Both the position numbers and the translations under genes were made by a program. Positions 62,363 to 64,000 of a DNA stretch of 64,000 nt are shown here, one piece after another. Under the pieces are notes generated by a model. It had not been told where the DNA came from. It was given only the letters and a program-made list of their open reading frames with translations, and did no database searches. The first letter of the stretch is position 1, and each line of letters starts with the position of its first letter. The stretch comes from Macrostomum lignano (lineage: Eukaryota): assembly GCA_002269645.1 (NCBI GenBank), contig NIVC01000757.1, forward strand, positions 272,298 to 336,297. The letters are read 5' to 3'.

Positions 62363-64000
62363 CAGTGCTGGGCGTTAACTAGTTAATTGTTTAACTAGTT
62401 AATTAACTAGTTAAATTTTTTCAAAAATCGTTAAATTTTCGTTAATTTTTTTATGTATTAACTAGTTATCAAAAATCGTTAAATTTTTTCTGTAAGTTAA
62501 AGTTAAATGACAAAAGTTACTTATTTCTTTGTTAAATTCTTTATCCTTTCTTTCATAGGTTTTTGTTTAATTTTTTTCTAGGAAGATAACTTTTAAAAAA
62601 AGAAAGTTTGTAAACATTTTTCCGTTAATTAATTAGTACATCTAATATAGTAATATTGTATTGTCGTATTTCGTATTGACATATCTATAAAAGTTCTATT
62701 TATATTTTTAATTTAATCTGAATATCTACCTGTACCTGACTGACTATTCTAGTATTCTTAATATTAATATAAATCTTAGATCACGATCAATGATCAGTGA
62801 CAGTGACTCTGAGTCTGAGTATATTTCTGTGACTGCTAGCTCTATGGCTAGTCCTGCCCCTGAGCCAAAGTCAGAGCAAAGGCAAAAGAACAAGAACTTC
62901 AAGAAGCCACACCCTTGGCCCCATTTGATTAAGTATTTTAAACTAAGTCATTGGGATTCAGAGACAGCTCCAGTTTTTAGCTGTGAACTTTGCTTGCCAA
63001 AGAAAGCAACCATCAAAGGGCATGTGTCAAGCCTAAATAATTTAAAGAGTCATATTTCTCGCCGCCATTCTGTACAGGAGAAAGAAGTAAGTGAAGATGT
63101 CATTTTTTCATTTTGCAATTAATTGTTGAACCTATTTAGCTAGCTAGGCCTTTATAAAGTATTTGTAGTTGTATTTTTTATACTGATTCAAACTCATCAA
63201 TTAAATGGAGTCATCACTAGTGGCATATCTAGGTCAATGATTTTGATTTTTGAAGAGGGAGGGGGAGGGTAAAGTCAAAAAAGTAAACAAAAATTTGAGA
63301 CTGTTATAAAAAACATGCAAATAACACCCCCTAGATATGCCACTGGTCATCAATCATCACTTATCAGTCATTATCATCATTCATCATTCTGATTCATTCA
63401 TCAATATAATATAATAGAATCAATCTATAATTTAAAATTAAATTTAGGTACTGTACTATTTATATTTTTTGCCTTTAATTTTAAACCTTTTTTCTATTTT
63501 ATATAGTTTCTCCAATGTACAAAGATGGGCATTGCAAAGGCTAGTACTGCTACTAGCTCTGCTACTAACACTACTGCTGCTACTAGTACTACCAAAAACA
63601 CAAGTCTCCAAGTTCAAGGTCAAAATCCATCTACTAGCAATGAGTCTTTTGGACCACTATCAAAGGTTCCAAAAATATTAGTTGCTAGTCCTAGTCCTGC
63701 TACTACCACTCAAGAGCAAACTACTACTGGTGGTGCTGCTAGACATCAACGACAACTAACTATGCTGCAAATGATTAATACTGGCAGTACCTTCCAACGA
63801 TCTGGCCAATCAGTTCTTCAATCAGCAGTAGACTCAGACTTGGTAGATTACATTGTCTATGACATGGCACCTTTTTCTACTGTTGAGTCTCCAAACTTTC
63901 GAAAATTCTGCAAGACACTGAATCCTTACAAGAAGATCATGTCTCGAAGGACACTTGGTAGGCGTGTTGAGACTTCCTATGTCAATATGGAACAGAATCT
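62363..64000 (+). mobile_element. hAT-superfamily DNA transposon, left end; runs off the window
   Basis: Starts CAGTGCTGGGCGTTAAC followed by GTTAA/TAACTAGTTA subterminal repeats, then a transposase gene. Confidence 0.85.
62790..64000 (+). CDS. hAT transposase, N-terminal part (BED zinc finger and start of the DNA-binding/dimer region); incomplete at the 3' end
   Basis: Exon 62790-63086 (W..F..CELC..SLNNLKSHISRRH = BED finger; donor GAA|GTAAGT). The exon from 63507 is open to the window end: ..LVDYIVYDMAPFSTVESPNFRKFCKTLNPYKKIMSRRTLGRRV.., a typical hAT motif. Confidence 0.85.

Overview
This is eukaryotic (animal) genomic DNA with GT-AG introns and the standard genetic code. It is probably a free-living flatworm such as Macrostomum; that is an inference from the polyQ/polyA-rich proteins, very dense minisatellites and a lophotrochozoan Lox4-type Hox gene. 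I spliced seven host genes by hand: (1) the 5' part of an ADAM/reprolysin-type metalloprotease gene (- strand, 7 short exons, largely invisible in the ORF track); (2) PHF14 (+, 5 exons, 1736 aa), divergent from the ADAM gene across a CpG-rich island; (3, 4) two tandem secreted proteins, each a PAN/apple-like domain plus an F-type (fucose-binding) lectin domain; (5) an intronless, motif-divergent rhodopsin-like GPCR with an in-frame TGA in its apparent N-terminus; (6) a solitary central-class Hox gene (Lox4/UbdA type, hexapeptide WPWM); (7) lingerer/UBAP2(L). The window ends inside a hAT transposon with an open, intron-containing BED-finger transposase. The rest is about 30 distinct tandem arrays, several MITEs with readable target-site duplications (TSDs), and a LINE fragment. 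Sharply bounded CpG-depleted domains and CpG-specific decay in a MITE point to germline 5mC. There is no CRISPR, rRNA or tRNA. All family calls are from motif recognition by eye, not database searches.
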